A DNA stretch of 64,000 nucleotides from contig OX597832.1 in the NCBI GenBank assembly GCA_951406725.2, forward strand, positions 42,036,001 to 42,100,000. The letters run 5' to 3'. The translations under genes and the position numbers were made by a program. Below the pieces are notes generated by a model that worked only from the letters and a program-made list of their open reading frames with translations, was not told the origin of the DNA and searched no databases. This document shows positions 29,111-42,806 of this stretch, in pieces; the first letter of the stretch is position 1, and every line of letters starts with the position of its first letter. This DNA comes from Octopus vulgaris (lineage: Eukaryota).

Positions 29111-29454
29111 TAATCATATAATGTATGTATATATGTACTTGTGTGTGTGTGTATTTGTGAAGCACGAGCAAACAGCTGTGACACAAATTGACAGATGACC
29201 AGACAGACAGACAGACAGACAAACACAATCAAATGAAAAAAACCCCAAAAAAAGAAGAAGTATCAACAAGTGTGGAACAGATGGAAAAAAAATTCAAAAA
29301 GCAGACTTCCCAACACACAGAGTGATACTGTATCCATGGAGATGGTTTAGTGATATTAAATCACAAAAGAAAACAACACAGATGTCAAATGCATGTCTCT
29401 CAATGTTTTGTAGAATTCTGCAACCTTTTCAAAGAATGGCATATTACAAATGCC

Positions 29455-29834
29455 TTACTCTTTTACTTGTTTCAGTCATTCAACTGCGGCCATGCTGGAG
29501 CACCGCCTTTAGTCGAGCAACTCGACCCCGGGACTTATTCTTTGTAAGCCCAGAACTTATTCTATCGGTCTCTTTTGCCGAACCGCTAAGTGACGGGGAC
29601 GTAAACACACCAGCATCGGTTGTCAAGCAATGCTAGGGGGACAAACACACACACACACATACACATATATACGACAGGCTTCTTTCAGTTTCCGTCTACC
29701 AAATCCACTCACAAGGCATTGATCGGCCCGGGGCTATAGCAGAAGACACTTGCCCAAGATGCCAAGCAGTGGGACTGAACCCGGAACCATGTGGTTGGTT
29801 AGCAAGCTACTTACCACACAGCCACTCCTGCGCC
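29455..29834 (-). mobile_element. SINE family A (tRNA head + CORE-like domain + internal TA/TG microsatellite), full length
   Basis: Head ggcgcaggagtggctgtgtggtaag..ggttcagtccc, CORE-like cttgggcaagtgtcttc, tail gaaacaagtaaaagagtaa. Further copies at about 23735-24110, 24120-24750, 25690-25860, 36520-36880, 42820-43040, 58410-58750, 59068-59410. Confidence 0.85.
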
Positions 29835-30479
29835 TTACTCACAAGATAATTGTTTTACTCAAATAGAAGCTAACTTTTTACACAGTTGTTCACAATCCAC
29901 AATTTCTTATACAATCTAATCTAACATCTACCTCACTTTACATATTTGCTTGTGCTGCCTATGTTAAAGGGTTAACTGACTCAAGGAGAATGAAAAACAA
30001 AGTCAACCTTGGTGAGATTTGAACTCAGAATACCACACAAAGTGTTCTCATGTGCTCTCTTCACCGACAACCACAAAACCACCAATCTGTTGTCGTAGCA
30101 ACAATGGTGATTTCTCTTCAGTAGGATCTGTGAAACAGAACGTAGCACAGAAGGTGAGGTAAAATGGGACAGATGTTACACAGACATGGACACACACACA
30201 CACAGACATTCATACAACCATTCTTTCCAGATCAAAGTGTTGCAATACGCACAAGTGTGCACACATACAAAGTCTCAGATCAATACACATTTCAAAACAG
30301 ACACAAGGCTCAATAAACATGTATACAAAGATATATAGCTCTCAACACACAACTCTATATGCACATATATACTACAATATACACACACGATATGCAGACA
30401 CACACAATTCAATACTATTTACAAACCAATCAGTTTTGATAACAATCCATACATGCGTCTGTGTGTGCTTATCTCGTAA

Positions 30480-30845
30480 CTAGTAGTATAGCCCGGCGTT
30501 GCTCGGGTTTGTTTTCTTTTCGACCCTTTAGAATTGGAATTTTTGAAAAGTAAAAATTTTGCATTGTGTAGCTTGTTATTCTCTTTAAGTGAACATTTTT
30601 CTGGTTGAAATACACCGAAAAATTGTGACACACCAGTCAAAAAATCGTAAAAAAATAGGGGTTTTCATAGAAAAAAAGCACCTTTTTGATGTAAATAATT
30701 TTTGGTCTTAACATGGTCCGATTTGAATTTTTTCTTCTATGGAAGGAAGAGCAAGCCTTCTTCTATCATACTCTCAATTTTGGTCAACTTGCGCTGCAGG
30801 GTCTCGGAAGAGATAGTGTTAGTTGAAGGCTACCAAACCTGTCAC
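30480..30845 (-). mobile_element. Helitron-like 3' fragment, second family
   Basis: Minus strand ends cccgagcaacgccgggctatactaCTAG|T, sharing the gcaacgccggg hairpin motif with the other Helitron family. Confidence 0.62.
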
Positions 30846-31016
30846 ACATCTGGATAACTGAAGAGATGGTGGTGTGGATTTCCACCTTGGCATCCGAAAC
30901 TCAGAGTTTTATCTTGGCTGCTGAATAATTGTCACATATTATATTTACAGATAAATTCCTCTATTTACATAATATTGAGGTCTCTTTCTTTTGTTATCTT
31001 ACTGTTTTTACCAATA
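30846..31016 (+). mobile_element. Penelope-like element terminal fragment
   Basis: Hammerhead motif followed by a T-rich 3' segment ending in aataa(ta)n; abuts a Helitron-like fragment. Confidence 0.55.
30853..30913 (+). ncRNA. Minimal type-I hammerhead ribozyme motif (Penelope-like-element associated)
   Basis: GATAA-CTGAAGA-[GATG..GTGG ATTT CCAC..CATC]C-GAAA-CTC A GAG-TT-TTATC. Canonical CUGANGA and GAAA core, 5-bp stem I (gataa/ttatc), GUU cleavage triplet, near-palindromic stem III. Confidence 0.72.
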
Positions 31017-32149
31017 ATATATATATATATATATATATTATATATACATTATATACACACACACACACACACACATGCATGACTGTGGTTACAGGGTTCA
31101 TTTTGTAACCACATGGTTTCGAGTTCTATTGCAATGTAAGCCACACCTTGGGCATGTACCATGCATTGGCTTGACCAATTCCATGTAAATAGATTGGCAG
31201 ACAAAATGTCTATGAAAGCCCACCATATGTGTGTGTGTGTGAGAGACAGGCTTCCATACATGTAAACAATCTCCCCACTCACTCATGTGTGCATGCATGC
31301 GCAAGTGTTTCTACGTCGCATTTTCGCCTGATGCAATCTGAGCAAAACAGTGATGCTAGGTTTACACCCCCCTGTAAACAATACATCTCGTAACTACTGG
31401 CTTTCAAAGGCCAGTGGAATTCTATTTAAAGAACTCGTAAGAGTTCTTGACAGGAAGGGCATTTGGCCATAAAATTTTGCCTTTAGTCTCCTTCCAACCC
31501 ATGCTGGGATAAGAAAAACAGACATAAAGCAAACAAAAATACATGCACCCACACATATTCTTTGTCTGAGAGAAATTGTAGAATACGATTAGTTGTCTTA
31601 TTCAAGAGCTTTTGTTAAAAAAATGGATTTTTTTTTAATTGATGGAAGTTTTATTTATGGTATCATACATATGTGTCTAAATGGATTTATTGATTTTGTG
31701 TTGTGGGACGCCAAATAATGGAATAGCCTTGCTTTGTCTTGCATGTGCATAGCAAGAAGCCTCAAAAAGGCAATGGAATGGCTAGCCAAATATAGTCTAG
31801 GTACCACATTGATTTTCTAAAAACCTTTGCTTCCAAAGCCTTTGCAGATTAATGGTTTTTCCAAACCAGGAGTGGCCACCCAGGTCAATACACTCCAAAT
31901 TAAATATTAAATTCACTTCAATAATTGAATGAAACACAAGTACCTGCACATTTGTATAAATGCCACAGTTGACTTATCCAGCTTCCAGAAATACAGAATT
32001 TCCAGACATACGAGATTTCTGTGCAATATACAGGACCTTGTGTTAAGTAAATAGACCTGGCTTTTGAAGTTGGTTAATTCGCATATGGTGTGATAGAAGT
32101 AGTTTTATTCTTTAATCTCTATCAATCAACATAAAAAAGTAAACATATT

Positions 32150-32420
32150 GGCATTGAAAGTTACCCCAACTGCAGAACGGGGCGCCACTGCATGGTGCCA
32201 AAGATTCCAACATCACCATCAAAATACAGGTCCAGATGCTGCAACAGCTTGGGTTTCAGAGGACCACAGCTCTTCAACATCTTCCCTAAATGCCTGAGAG
32301 ACCTGCATGGTGTGGATGTGGGTTTCTTTAAAACTAAACTGGATCTCTTCTTGTCGGGGGTCCAGATGAACCTACCTCTCGGCAGGAAACACAGATGCGG
32401 GCAGCGGTATCGAACTCAGC
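32150..32420 (+). mobile_element. CR1/L2-group LINE ORF2 C-terminal fragment
   Basis: NSLGFRGPQLFNIFPKCLRDL..V.VGFFKTKLDLFL resembles the conserved CR1-type C-terminus (WN.LP...FK..LD..L). Confidence 0.7.
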
Positions 32421-33119
32421 ATTAGTTCTCAATCGGTACTTATTGCGTTAACCCAGAAAGGATGAAAGGCAAAGTCAACCACTGCAGAATTTGAACTCAG
32501 AAAATAAAGATGGCCAAACAATTCTGCCAGCTCACTGAATTAATAATAATAATAAACCTTTCTGCTAAAGGCACAAGGCCTGAAATTTGGGGAGGAGGGG
32601 ACTAGTGGATTACATCAACCCCAGTGTTTTACTGGTACTTAATTTATTGACCTTGAAAGGATGAAAGGTAAAGTTGATCTTAGTGGAATTTGAACTCAGA
32701 ACGCATAGCCAGATGAAATATGGCTAAGCATTTTTCCTGACATGCTAACAATTCTGCCAGCTCACCTTATAATAACAATTTAAGCACAAGGCCAACAATT
32801 TTGAGGGGAGGGGCTAAGTTACTACAACCAATGTCACTACTTGATTGATTATTTTATTGGCCCTGAGAGCATGAAGAGTTGACCCCAGTGGGGTTTGAAC
32901 TCAGAATATAAAATGGTGAAAGAAACAAATGGAATTATTAGTTAACAGAAAATCAGTAAAGATAAAAAGCACAAAAAATTCTGAAACAGATAAAAAGAAA
33001 AAAAAAATCAAATGTAAAAAAAAACAATTATGAACTACAAATGATTTGTGCATGTGATCATGTACATTCACACACACACACACACACACACACATTCATA
33101 CATCTATTATATAGGTTTG

Positions 33120-33438
33120 CTGTGGAGGTGCAATGGCCCGATGGTTAGGGTAGCGGACTCGCGGTTGTAGGATCGCGGTTTCGATTCCCAGACCGGGCGT
33201 TGACACTGTTTATTGAGCGAAAACACCTAAAGCTCCACGAGGCTCCGACAGGGGGTGGTGGTGGTGGTGATCCTTGCTGTACTCTTTCGCCACAACTTTC
33301 TCTCACTCTTTCTTCTGTTGGCCTGCTCGCTTAGCCAGCGGGGTGGCATCATTTGAAGGCTAAAACAATGCGAAGCGCACTGTGACCAGCGATGTGTAGC
33401 AACATCTGATAGCCTGGACGGTCACAGTGATCACGGTG
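33120..33438 (+). mobile_element. tRNA-derived SINE, full length with TSD
   Basis: A-box (tggcccgatgg) and B-box-like (ggtttcgattccc) head; 11-bp TSD atataggtttg at 33109-33119 and 33439-33449. Confidence 0.85.
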
Positions 33439-34339
33439 ATATAGGTTTGTTAATACAAACAGAAAAATAGAACTCAAAGCATGAGTATATATATCTATTC
33501 TTGTTTAATTAGCAGAACTTATCATTCTCAGCCCTTAAGTCACCTTGTAACTTTTTACTGATTAAATTATTATCATTATCAGTATCATTTAGTGTTTGTT
33601 TTTCCATGCTGGCATTGGTTAGATGGTTTGATTGGAACTGGTAAGCTGGAGAGCTGCACCAGGTTCCAGTCTGATTTGGCTTGGTTGTTTCTACAGCTAG
33701 ATGTCCTTCCTAATGCCAACAACTCCAAGAATGTAGTGGGTACCTTTTATGTGCCACTGGGACAGGTGCCTTTTATGTGTCACCAGCACAGGTACCTTTC
33801 ATATGCCACTGGCACGGGTGCCTTTTATGTGTCACTAGCATTGGCCACGACTATGATTTCACTTGGCTTCATGCATCTTTTCAAGCACAGCAAATTGTGT
33901 AAGATCTTGAGCACTTGGCATCACTTTTGTGAGCCTCAGTATCCGAAGATCATGCTCCAACACATCATCCCATGTCTTCTTCAGTCAACCTCTTCCACAG
34001 GTTTCCTTCACTGAGATCAGCACTTCTCTACACAGTTGCCCCCCCCCCCCCAAATGGGCTGAGGTTCAATACAGCTGTTTCAGATGAGTTTTTTTTTATT
34101 TATAAATAAATCAATTACATCAAGAAAAAAAAACATTTTCTTCAGGTAAACTGAAATTCAAATTTCGCTGTGATGATCAGTTCATGTGAATGTCTTTGTA
34201 AGTGAGAGGATAAATCTTTATATACATTAGTATATACCCGAGTGCCCATCAATACTGTTGATACATGAATATGCTGTTTTTGACCCTAGCTTGGTGTCCT
34301 TATTAAAATACCTTCATTCTACTGGAGCTCACAAATTAT

Positions 34340-34405
34340 ATATATATATAATCAAAACAAGCAACAAGGATATCCAAGGTAGTGTAGTACAATCGCTTCA
34401 TGCTA

Positions 34406-34441
<36 letters not shown>

Positions 34442-34685
34442 ATAGTAAATAAATGGTACAACGAAGCACCGATATCTACTGGAAATTTTTTTCATGTTTG
34501 TTGCACACACGCATCTTTACAAGTACATAAGCAGTGAAGCTATACATTAGCGTCGTATTTATTACGTTCGCTATTTTCCAGTAGATATCGGTGCTTTGTT
34601 GTACCATTTATTTACTTTTATGTATAATTTTACCCTCACGGGCTATCTTTTACTGGAAAGCAATACTCTCGTATTGCATTACTAT

Positions 34686-34690
<5 letters not shown>
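34340..34690. mobile_element. TA-embedded repeat fragments with a 52-bp inverted repeat (probably Penelope-type inverted termini)
   Basis: Arms 34434-34485 and 34575-34626 are reverse complements with 2 mismatches; bounded by (TA)n tracts. Confidence 0.45.
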
Positions 34691-34729
<39 letters not shown>

Positions 34730-35080
34730 GAATATGTCCATTCATACATATTTATAAATATAAATCAGACACACAATTTGTTTGTCTTTGTGTAAGTTTA
34801 GTGTAACAGGTTGCATCCCTCAGCAGACTAAGTTCCTATGACTGGAAGTTGCTGACTACAATATATAAATTGAAGTGAAATAGGAATGGTTCAACCTAGA
34901 ATCGAACCTGTACTACACAACTTGTCCCACTGAGATTTTTTTCCATCACTCTATAGTGCTCTCTCTCTCTCTCTTTCGTTTACTCACTCACATACACAGA
35001 CAAACACCTCACAAGTGAAAGAGGCTGTCCACCTTCTCCTTTTCCAACTGAAAGTACGAAAAAACTTTGTCAATCACTCA

Positions 35081-35308
<228 letters not shown>

Positions 35309-35809
35309 TCATTCAGTCACCAACATTTTTACTCGAAATTTGCTTTTGTTATTATACAATAACACAAGTGTGTGGCAGTGGTGGAGCTGGGTGATTGCAC
35401 GTGTGTATGTGTATATGTCCAACATTAGATATGAAATGTTGTTTAAAACAAGGCGGTGGGGACGGAGCTGGAAAGTAATCATAAAATGTGTGAAGTTATT
35501 CAAATGACGGTACCATTTTGTGAATTCTACTGAAATAAATTTTGCTGTTCCATTTTGTGAACTCTGTTGAACTAAATTTTGCTGTCCCAGTTTTTGCTAC
35601 TCTATCACTAACAATAATCATGATGATTTCCAAGATAGGTAGAAGGCTATGAAATTGGGAGTTGGGAGCAGAATAGTCGATATATTTGACCCCTAAATAC
35701 ACTGGTTTGGTATTTATTTTGCTGACCTTGGTGGGAACTGAGCTCAAATCGTAGCTAAACACTACAGAGATTGGCTGCCTATCCATGACAGTTATGTTCA
35801 CTTCAACAA

Positions 35810-36135
35810 TCATCATCATCATCATCGTTTAGCGTCTGCTTTCCATGCTAGCATGGGTTAGACGGTGCAACTGGGGTCTGGGAAGCCAGAAGGCTGCACC
35901 AGGCCCAGTCTGATCTGGCAATGTTTCTACGGCTGGATGCCCTTCCTAACGCCAACCACTCCGTGAGTGTAGTGGGTGCTTTTTACGTACCAGGCAAGGC
36001 TGGCAAACGGCCACGATCGGATGGTGCTTTTTACGTGCCACCGGCACGAGGTCAGTCGGGGCGGCGCTGGCAATGGCCACGTTTGGATGGTTCTCTTACG
36101 TACCACCGGCACTGGTATCACAGCTGCAATTTCCA
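35810..36135 (-). mobile_element. Family C retroposon copy
   Basis: Closely similar inverted partner of 37635-37950. Confidence 0.8.
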
Positions 36136-38210
36136 TTCAACAATAACTTAGTAAATTTTTATCTACATCACATACACATATACATTCAGATTCTCACATA
36201 CATATAAACACACAGGAACAAATGTACACAAAACAGCAATCCATACTTGCACATTAGCATACACATGCATCATCATACACACACATACACAAATATAAAC
36301 ATACAGCAATCCACACACACACAGTTTCATTGAATAAGATTCACAACTTAGATTTCATTTCCTCAGTCGAGTGTGACATATTACTTTTGTTTGCATAATA
36401 CAAAAACAAACACGAGTGCAGCTTATAGATTTTATCTGTAGCAACAACACGAAATACTCTTCAAATAAAGTACTGCAAGATAATCCGTTTCTATATCTAT
36501 GCAGACAACAACCTCAGGTTTCTAAGAAGTTTGCTTTGTAATCACAGAGTTTCAGGTACAGTCTCACCGTAAGGCACCCTGGGCACGTCTTATACTATAG
36601 ACCCGAGTCAACCAATATCTTGTAAGTGATTCTGGTAGATGGAAATTGTGTGGAAGCCTGCTGGAATTTTTATGTCTGCGTTTGTCAAACCCACCCACCC
36701 CATCACTTGAGAACCAGTGTTAGTTTGTTTACATCTCTGTAACTTAGCTGATTGGCAAAATACATCGATAGAGTAAGTTACAGACTTAAAAAAAATAAGT
36801 ACTAGGATTAAGGTTGTTTGGATAAAACCCTTCAAGGTGGCGCTCCAGCATGGCCACAGTCCAATAACTGAAATAAGCAAAAAAAAAAAAAAAAAAAAGA
36901 TTCCACTGGATAATACACTGTTCTATTTGAGTAACTTTTTCCTATCCCGGAACAGAGCATCATCATCATCATCATCATCAACTACAACTTTCACTTGGAT
37001 ATAAGAACAAATTTGCACCATATTCCTCTCTATCCTGAGTATTCTAATTTCATCAACAGTTTGTAGCACCACTGCCCACTAGAGTACTGACCAGAGTTTT
37101 GGAAGGATGCCCGCAGTTCACCTCCTCATGGGTCAGTTCCCATGACTTGGCTGGCAGGAACCCAGCGGTGCAAGCTGAAGAAACACTCATCAATCGTACA
37201 ATGCTGTTGGCATTGCTTACTTTGATAAATCATACTGTCCTGTGGTCACTACTTAAAAGAAATCAAACCGGTCGTTGATGGCTCTGCTTTGGCCACAATC
37301 ACCATATATTGCCAACGATAGGATATAAATTGCTAACCTCTTGGTCATTTCATTAGTACCTTAAGCACTTAGCTACTGGTACTCTCAGAGAGTAAACTAA
37401 TAGTGTGGTTGTGTGGCTAAGATGCCAACTTTAGAACAACATGGTGTTAAGCTCTCTCCTACTTCTTGGATGCTGTTGACTGGTGTTCTCTATTACAGTT
37501 GTTGGTTGACCGATATTGGGTGAGTAAAATTTGGTGGACAGAAACTGGAAGAAGCCCATCATATACACACACACACACACACAGATGTATATATTCACAT
37601 ACAAATGCATTTTTATACACACATATTTCGATCAAAAATCAATGGAAATTGTAGTTGTGATACCAGTGCCACGTAAAAGAACCATCTGAACATGTCCATT
37701 GCCAGCGTTGCCTCGACTGGCCTCTGTGCCAGTGGCACGTAAAAAGCACCAACCAATCGTGGCCAGCCTTGCCTGGCACGTAAAAAGCACCCACTACACT
37801 CACGGAGTGGTTGGCATTAGGAAGGGCATCTAGCTGTAGAAACACTGCCAGATCAGACTGGGCTTGGTGCAGCCTCCTGGCTTCCCAGACCCCGGTCAAA
37901 CTGTCCAACCCATGCTAGCATGGAAAGCAGACATTAAACGATTATGATGATTTGCCTGTATATACACATACACACACACACATGCATATAAAACATGCAC
38001 ACACATATACAAATATACTTGCACATGTATATACACAGATATACATGAATGTGTGTGTGAGAGAGAGACATTGCATTACAAGGTCCTGGGTGAACAATGG
38101 TGGAAAAGGTCTTGGGTGAATTATGCTGGAACTGGAAGGATTTCTATAAATGCTGATCTGGGGCCAAATAACAGTGAAACAGAAACAGTAAACTTTAAAA
38201 ACTTTGCTAT

Positions 38211-38390
38211 AGGCACACGAGTGGCTGTGTGGTAAGCAGCTTGCTTACCAACCACATGGTTCCGAGTTCATTCCCACTGCGTGGCACCTTGGGTGAGTGT
38301 CTTCTACTATAGCTTCGGGCAGACCAAAGCCTTGAGAGTGGATTTGGTAGACAGAAACTGGGAGAAGCCCATCGTGTGTGTGTGTGTTTG

Positions 38391-38438
<48 letters not shown>

Positions 38439-38645
38439 TATGTGTATATGTTTGTGTTTGTCCCCCTAACATTGCTTAACAACCGATGGTGGTGTGTTTA
38501 CGTCCCCGTCACTTAGTGGTTCGGCAAAAGAGAGCGATAGAATAAGTACTAGGCTTACAAAGACTAAGTCCTGGAGGTCGATTTGCTCGACTAAAGGCAG
38601 TGCTCCAGCATGGCCGCAGTCAAATGACTGAAACAAGTAAAAAAA
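38211..38645 (+). mobile_element. SINE family A copy
   Basis: Same head, CORE-like domain and tail, with an expanded internal microsatellite. Confidence 0.82.
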
Positions 38646-38868
38646 AGAAACCCTTAAGATAAAGTAAGGAGGAAAATGGAAGATAGGAGGAGAAAGAGAT
38701 GAAGAATGAAAGAGAAGCAAATGAGAAATATAGAGGGGGAGGAAGACAGATATAAAGGGAGGGAGAGAGAGACAAAGAGAGTGAGATGAAAGGTTGAAAG
38801 AACAGAAACAAAGAGAAAGGCAGACAAAATAGGGGGGGGGGAGACAATGAGTGCAAGAGGAAGAAGTA

Positions 38869-38907
<39 letters not shown>

Positions 38908-39067
38908 GCAAACACACACATACATACATACATATATATGCACACCCATACATATACATATATATATATACAAACACACACACACATACATATATATACA
39001 TATATATGCAAACACACACACACATACATATACATATATATGCAAACACACACACACACACACATAC

Positions 39068-39137
<70 letters not shown>

Positions 39138-41049
39138 TAGATAAATAGAGAGAGTGGGGTAGGCTACGGTAAATAGGAAGTGCTTTGTAGATAGAATGAA
39201 ATCGGGTTGATGGAAGTCAATGGTTAGTGGTTCAATCCTCTGTTAATTTAGTTAAGTGTGTGTGACTGAGGCTATGAACCAGTTGAAAAGATCTGGCTAC
39301 CAAAACATCTAAATCACATTTGTCTGCTTTACTAACACACGAGGGGTGGGTGGGGCTGGGTCGAGAGAGAGAGGTGGGGGGGTAAAGATATTCCAATCGA
39401 CCAAAGAAAAGACAGACATTTATTTTTTTTTAAATATGTCTTTTTTAGTAAATAAAAAAAAAAAAATAAAAGAAACATAATTCTCCATTCATTCTTTTTC
39501 TGTCTCATTGCTGATTTTATTCAGTTTTTTTTTTCTGATTCCATCAACAAGAGACAAGAACAGAAAAAGAAAAAGAAAAAAAAAACCCCACTAGTACCGA
39601 TGAATAGAACCACTACCATTTATACTACTACTACTACCACCACCACTGACAGAAACCACTACCATTTACTTCACCGTCATCACCACTATCATCACAAACA
39701 AACCGCTACCATTAACTCCATCACCACCACTACTACTACTACTACCACCACCACCACCACCACAGAAACCACTACCATTTACTTCACCATCATCACCACT
39801 ATCATCATGAACAAACCACTACCACTACTACTACTGCAATCAAAACAATCTATCATCAACGCAACTACCGTCACCACCACCACCACCACCACCCTAAACA
39901 CAACCACAAACCACTGTCACTACTATCATTATGAATGCAACCACTGACTGCCACTATCATTACTATCAGAAATACAACCACCACCACTACCACTACCACC
40001 ACCACCACCATCACTATACAAAAAAAATAAACATTTCACCACCACCACCACCAATAACATCTACCCAACAACAACAACCACCAGCCAATAACACTAGAAA
40101 ATTGGATAGCAGCAGAAATTTAAGTGGGGGGGAGAGAGAAGTGGGGGGGGGGAGAGTTCCGTCTATAAAAATGGCAAGTTTCCATTTAGAAGGAACTCCG
40201 GCAACAAAGAGAGGAAGAGGGGAAAGAGACTCAATAACAATAAGTAGTGTAATAAAGCTTTAATTTAATATATAAAATAAGAGAGAATCTAAATTTTTTT
40301 ACTTACACACTGCTAAGTAAATATATCTACTATGGAGGGTGGGGATATAGTGCAGAGACGGGGGGGGGGGGCTGCACAGTGCATTGCGTGTGTGTGTGTG
40401 TATGTGTGTGTGTGTGTATAATTATGCATAGTGTACTGTGTGTGTGTTTGTAGTGTGTGATAGTTTGGAGGTGTGGAGGTAAAATTTTTTCTTTCTTTTT
40501 CTTTTTTTTTGGGGGGGGGTAATGAGATAAGAGATTTTTACATGAATGAATGAATGAATGAAAGAAAGAAAGAAGCAGACACAGATAACGAGAGAGAGAG
40601 AGTGTTGGGGTGGGTGGATGGATGGGTGGATGGTGGGAGGCGGGGTGGGGTGGGGTGGGGAGGAGAGAATACAACAGATTCATACATTGTTACAGCATAC
40701 CCTCAGCTTCTAAATGAAAACCCGAAGCATTTCACACACACACATCACACAAATCTACATATATATATACACACACACACATGAATATATACACATATAT
40801 ACACCACAGATGGATCATTACAATAGTTGCAGTTTATATGTGTATATATATATACATACATACACATACATATATACACATAGATACATATATACACACA
40901 CACACATATATATATACACACACATATATATACACACACACACACACACATATATATACACACACATATATATATACACACACACATATATATATATATA
41001 TACATACACACACACGTATATATATACACACACACACACACATATATAT

Positions 41050-41080
<31 letters not shown>

Positions 41081-41889
41081 CATACACACATACATATATA
41101 TATACACATGCATCTTCAGCTTTTATAAAGGTGAAAATCTGTGGCGTGAGAATGTGAATGAGAATATGTGTAGGTGTGTGAGAGAGTGGATGTGTGGAAA
41201 AGATTAATGATTTTGAAAGATTGTAAAACACACAGGTAGAGTGAAAGGTAAGTAAATGGAAATCCACACAGCTATATACACATGTACACGAATACACATA
41301 TGTACACGTATGTGCATGTGCAGACCACGCACATGCCTACATGGATGCACTCACATGTGCTCAAGCACATACAGGTGCACACGAAAACATGCACGTGTAC
41401 ACACACTATTAACGAGTGTTAATGAAAATGTTATGTAGAATAAAACCAGCAGCAATCGTGTATTAACGAGAGACGGGGAGGGTGTGCTTGAGAGATGAGG
41501 GATACGGGGAAACTGGATGGTTAGAAATACGCTGCCTGTGATGCGCAGGAGCAAGGAGGAAGGGGTGGCTGCAAGTGGAGATTCCCAAACGGACAATTAG
41601 CAACCAACCCCCTTCACATTTATAGAGAGATTTACTAATCTCGTAAAAGCAAGTGCAGTTATTTCCCTCATAATTACATTCTATGCACGTGAATATGCAT
41701 GCGTGCATGCATGTGTGAGTTTATGCACATGTTTTACACTCACTTTTCAATGCTGACATGTGTTGGATGTTTTCTTTTTGTTTGCTTAAGCCCTTCGCTC
41801 CTTCTGGATCAGTGCAGACCCTTTTTTTTTTCCCCCTGTTCTCTACCTAGAGCTGTCTTTTTATGTCCTGCTGCTATATAAAAAGCACC

Positions 41890-42290
41890 TGGCTGTGTGG
41901 TAAGTAGCTTGTCTACCAGCCACATGGTTCCGGGTTCAGTCCCACTGCGTGGCACCTTGGGCAAGTGTCTTCTACTATAGCCTCGGGCCGACCAAAGCCT
42001 TGTGAGTGGATTTGGTGGACGGAAACTGAAAGAAGCCCGTCGTATATATGTATATATATATATATATATGTGTGTGTTTGTGTGTCTGTGTTTGTCTCCT
42101 TAGCATTGCTTGACAACCGATGCTGGTGTGTTTATGTCCCCGTTACTTAGCGGTTCGGCAAAAGAGAGACCGATAGAATAAGTACTGGGCTTACAAAAGA
42201 ATAAGTCCCGGGGTCGAGTTGCTCGATTAAAGGCGGTGCTCCAACATGGCCGCAGTCAAATGACTGAAACAAGTAAAAGAGTAAAAGAGT
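41890..42290 (+). mobile_element. SINE family A copy
   Basis: Close match to the reverse complement of 29455-29834. Confidence 0.85.
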
Positions 42291-42587
42291 ACATTGTGTA
42301 AAATGGTTAGCACTAGGAAGGGCATCCATCTATAGAAACCATGCCAAAACAGACAACTAAGAGCTTGGTGTAGCTCCTGTCAAACCATTCAATCCATGCC
42401 AGCATATAAAGCAGACATTAAATGATGATGATGATGATGATAAGGGCCTTCCTCTCCTCTTAGGCCTTGTTAGTTTTGGATTATCCTCAATGCTTCTGTA
42501 ACTAACTTTGCTTTTTTTTCTTCTCAATAATGGTGTTGGCCCTAAAAAATCCCATTTTCACTTCTTTCGTTGTTTTAGTCATTAGAC

Positions 42588-42806
42588 CATTGCTTTTCAA
42601 ACTTTTTGCTGGAGCAGAACCCCAAGGAAACATTCCACTGGCTCGAGGAACCCCTGTGCAATAATTTAATAGTCTTATGCACACATATCTGCACAGGAGA
42701 ATTAAAAATTACTGCCGATTTTAGCAGTTTTGTAACTTCTTGTGGCACCCCTGGACTGTACTGGCGGAACCCTAAGGTTCCGAGGAATCCTGGTTGAAAA
42801 CCACTG
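42588..42806. mobile_element. hAT (Charlie-like) MITE
   Basis: TIRs cattgcttttcaa / ttgaaaaccactg; perfect 8-bp TSD cattagac (42580-42587, 42807-42814). Confidence 0.88.

Noticed and set aside
28322-29232. 200-296 aa Y/I/H/T or V/C/M/Y ORFs (also at 13.2-13.9, 27.5-27.9, 38.5-39.1 and 40.7-41.3 kb)
   Set aside because: TA/CA microsatellite artefacts.
33120-33200. tRNA gene (likewise the heads at ~17770-17830 and ~29770-29834)
   Set aside because: The A/B boxes belong to SINE heads followed by SINE bodies or TSDs; no complete cloverleaf or Pol III terminator.
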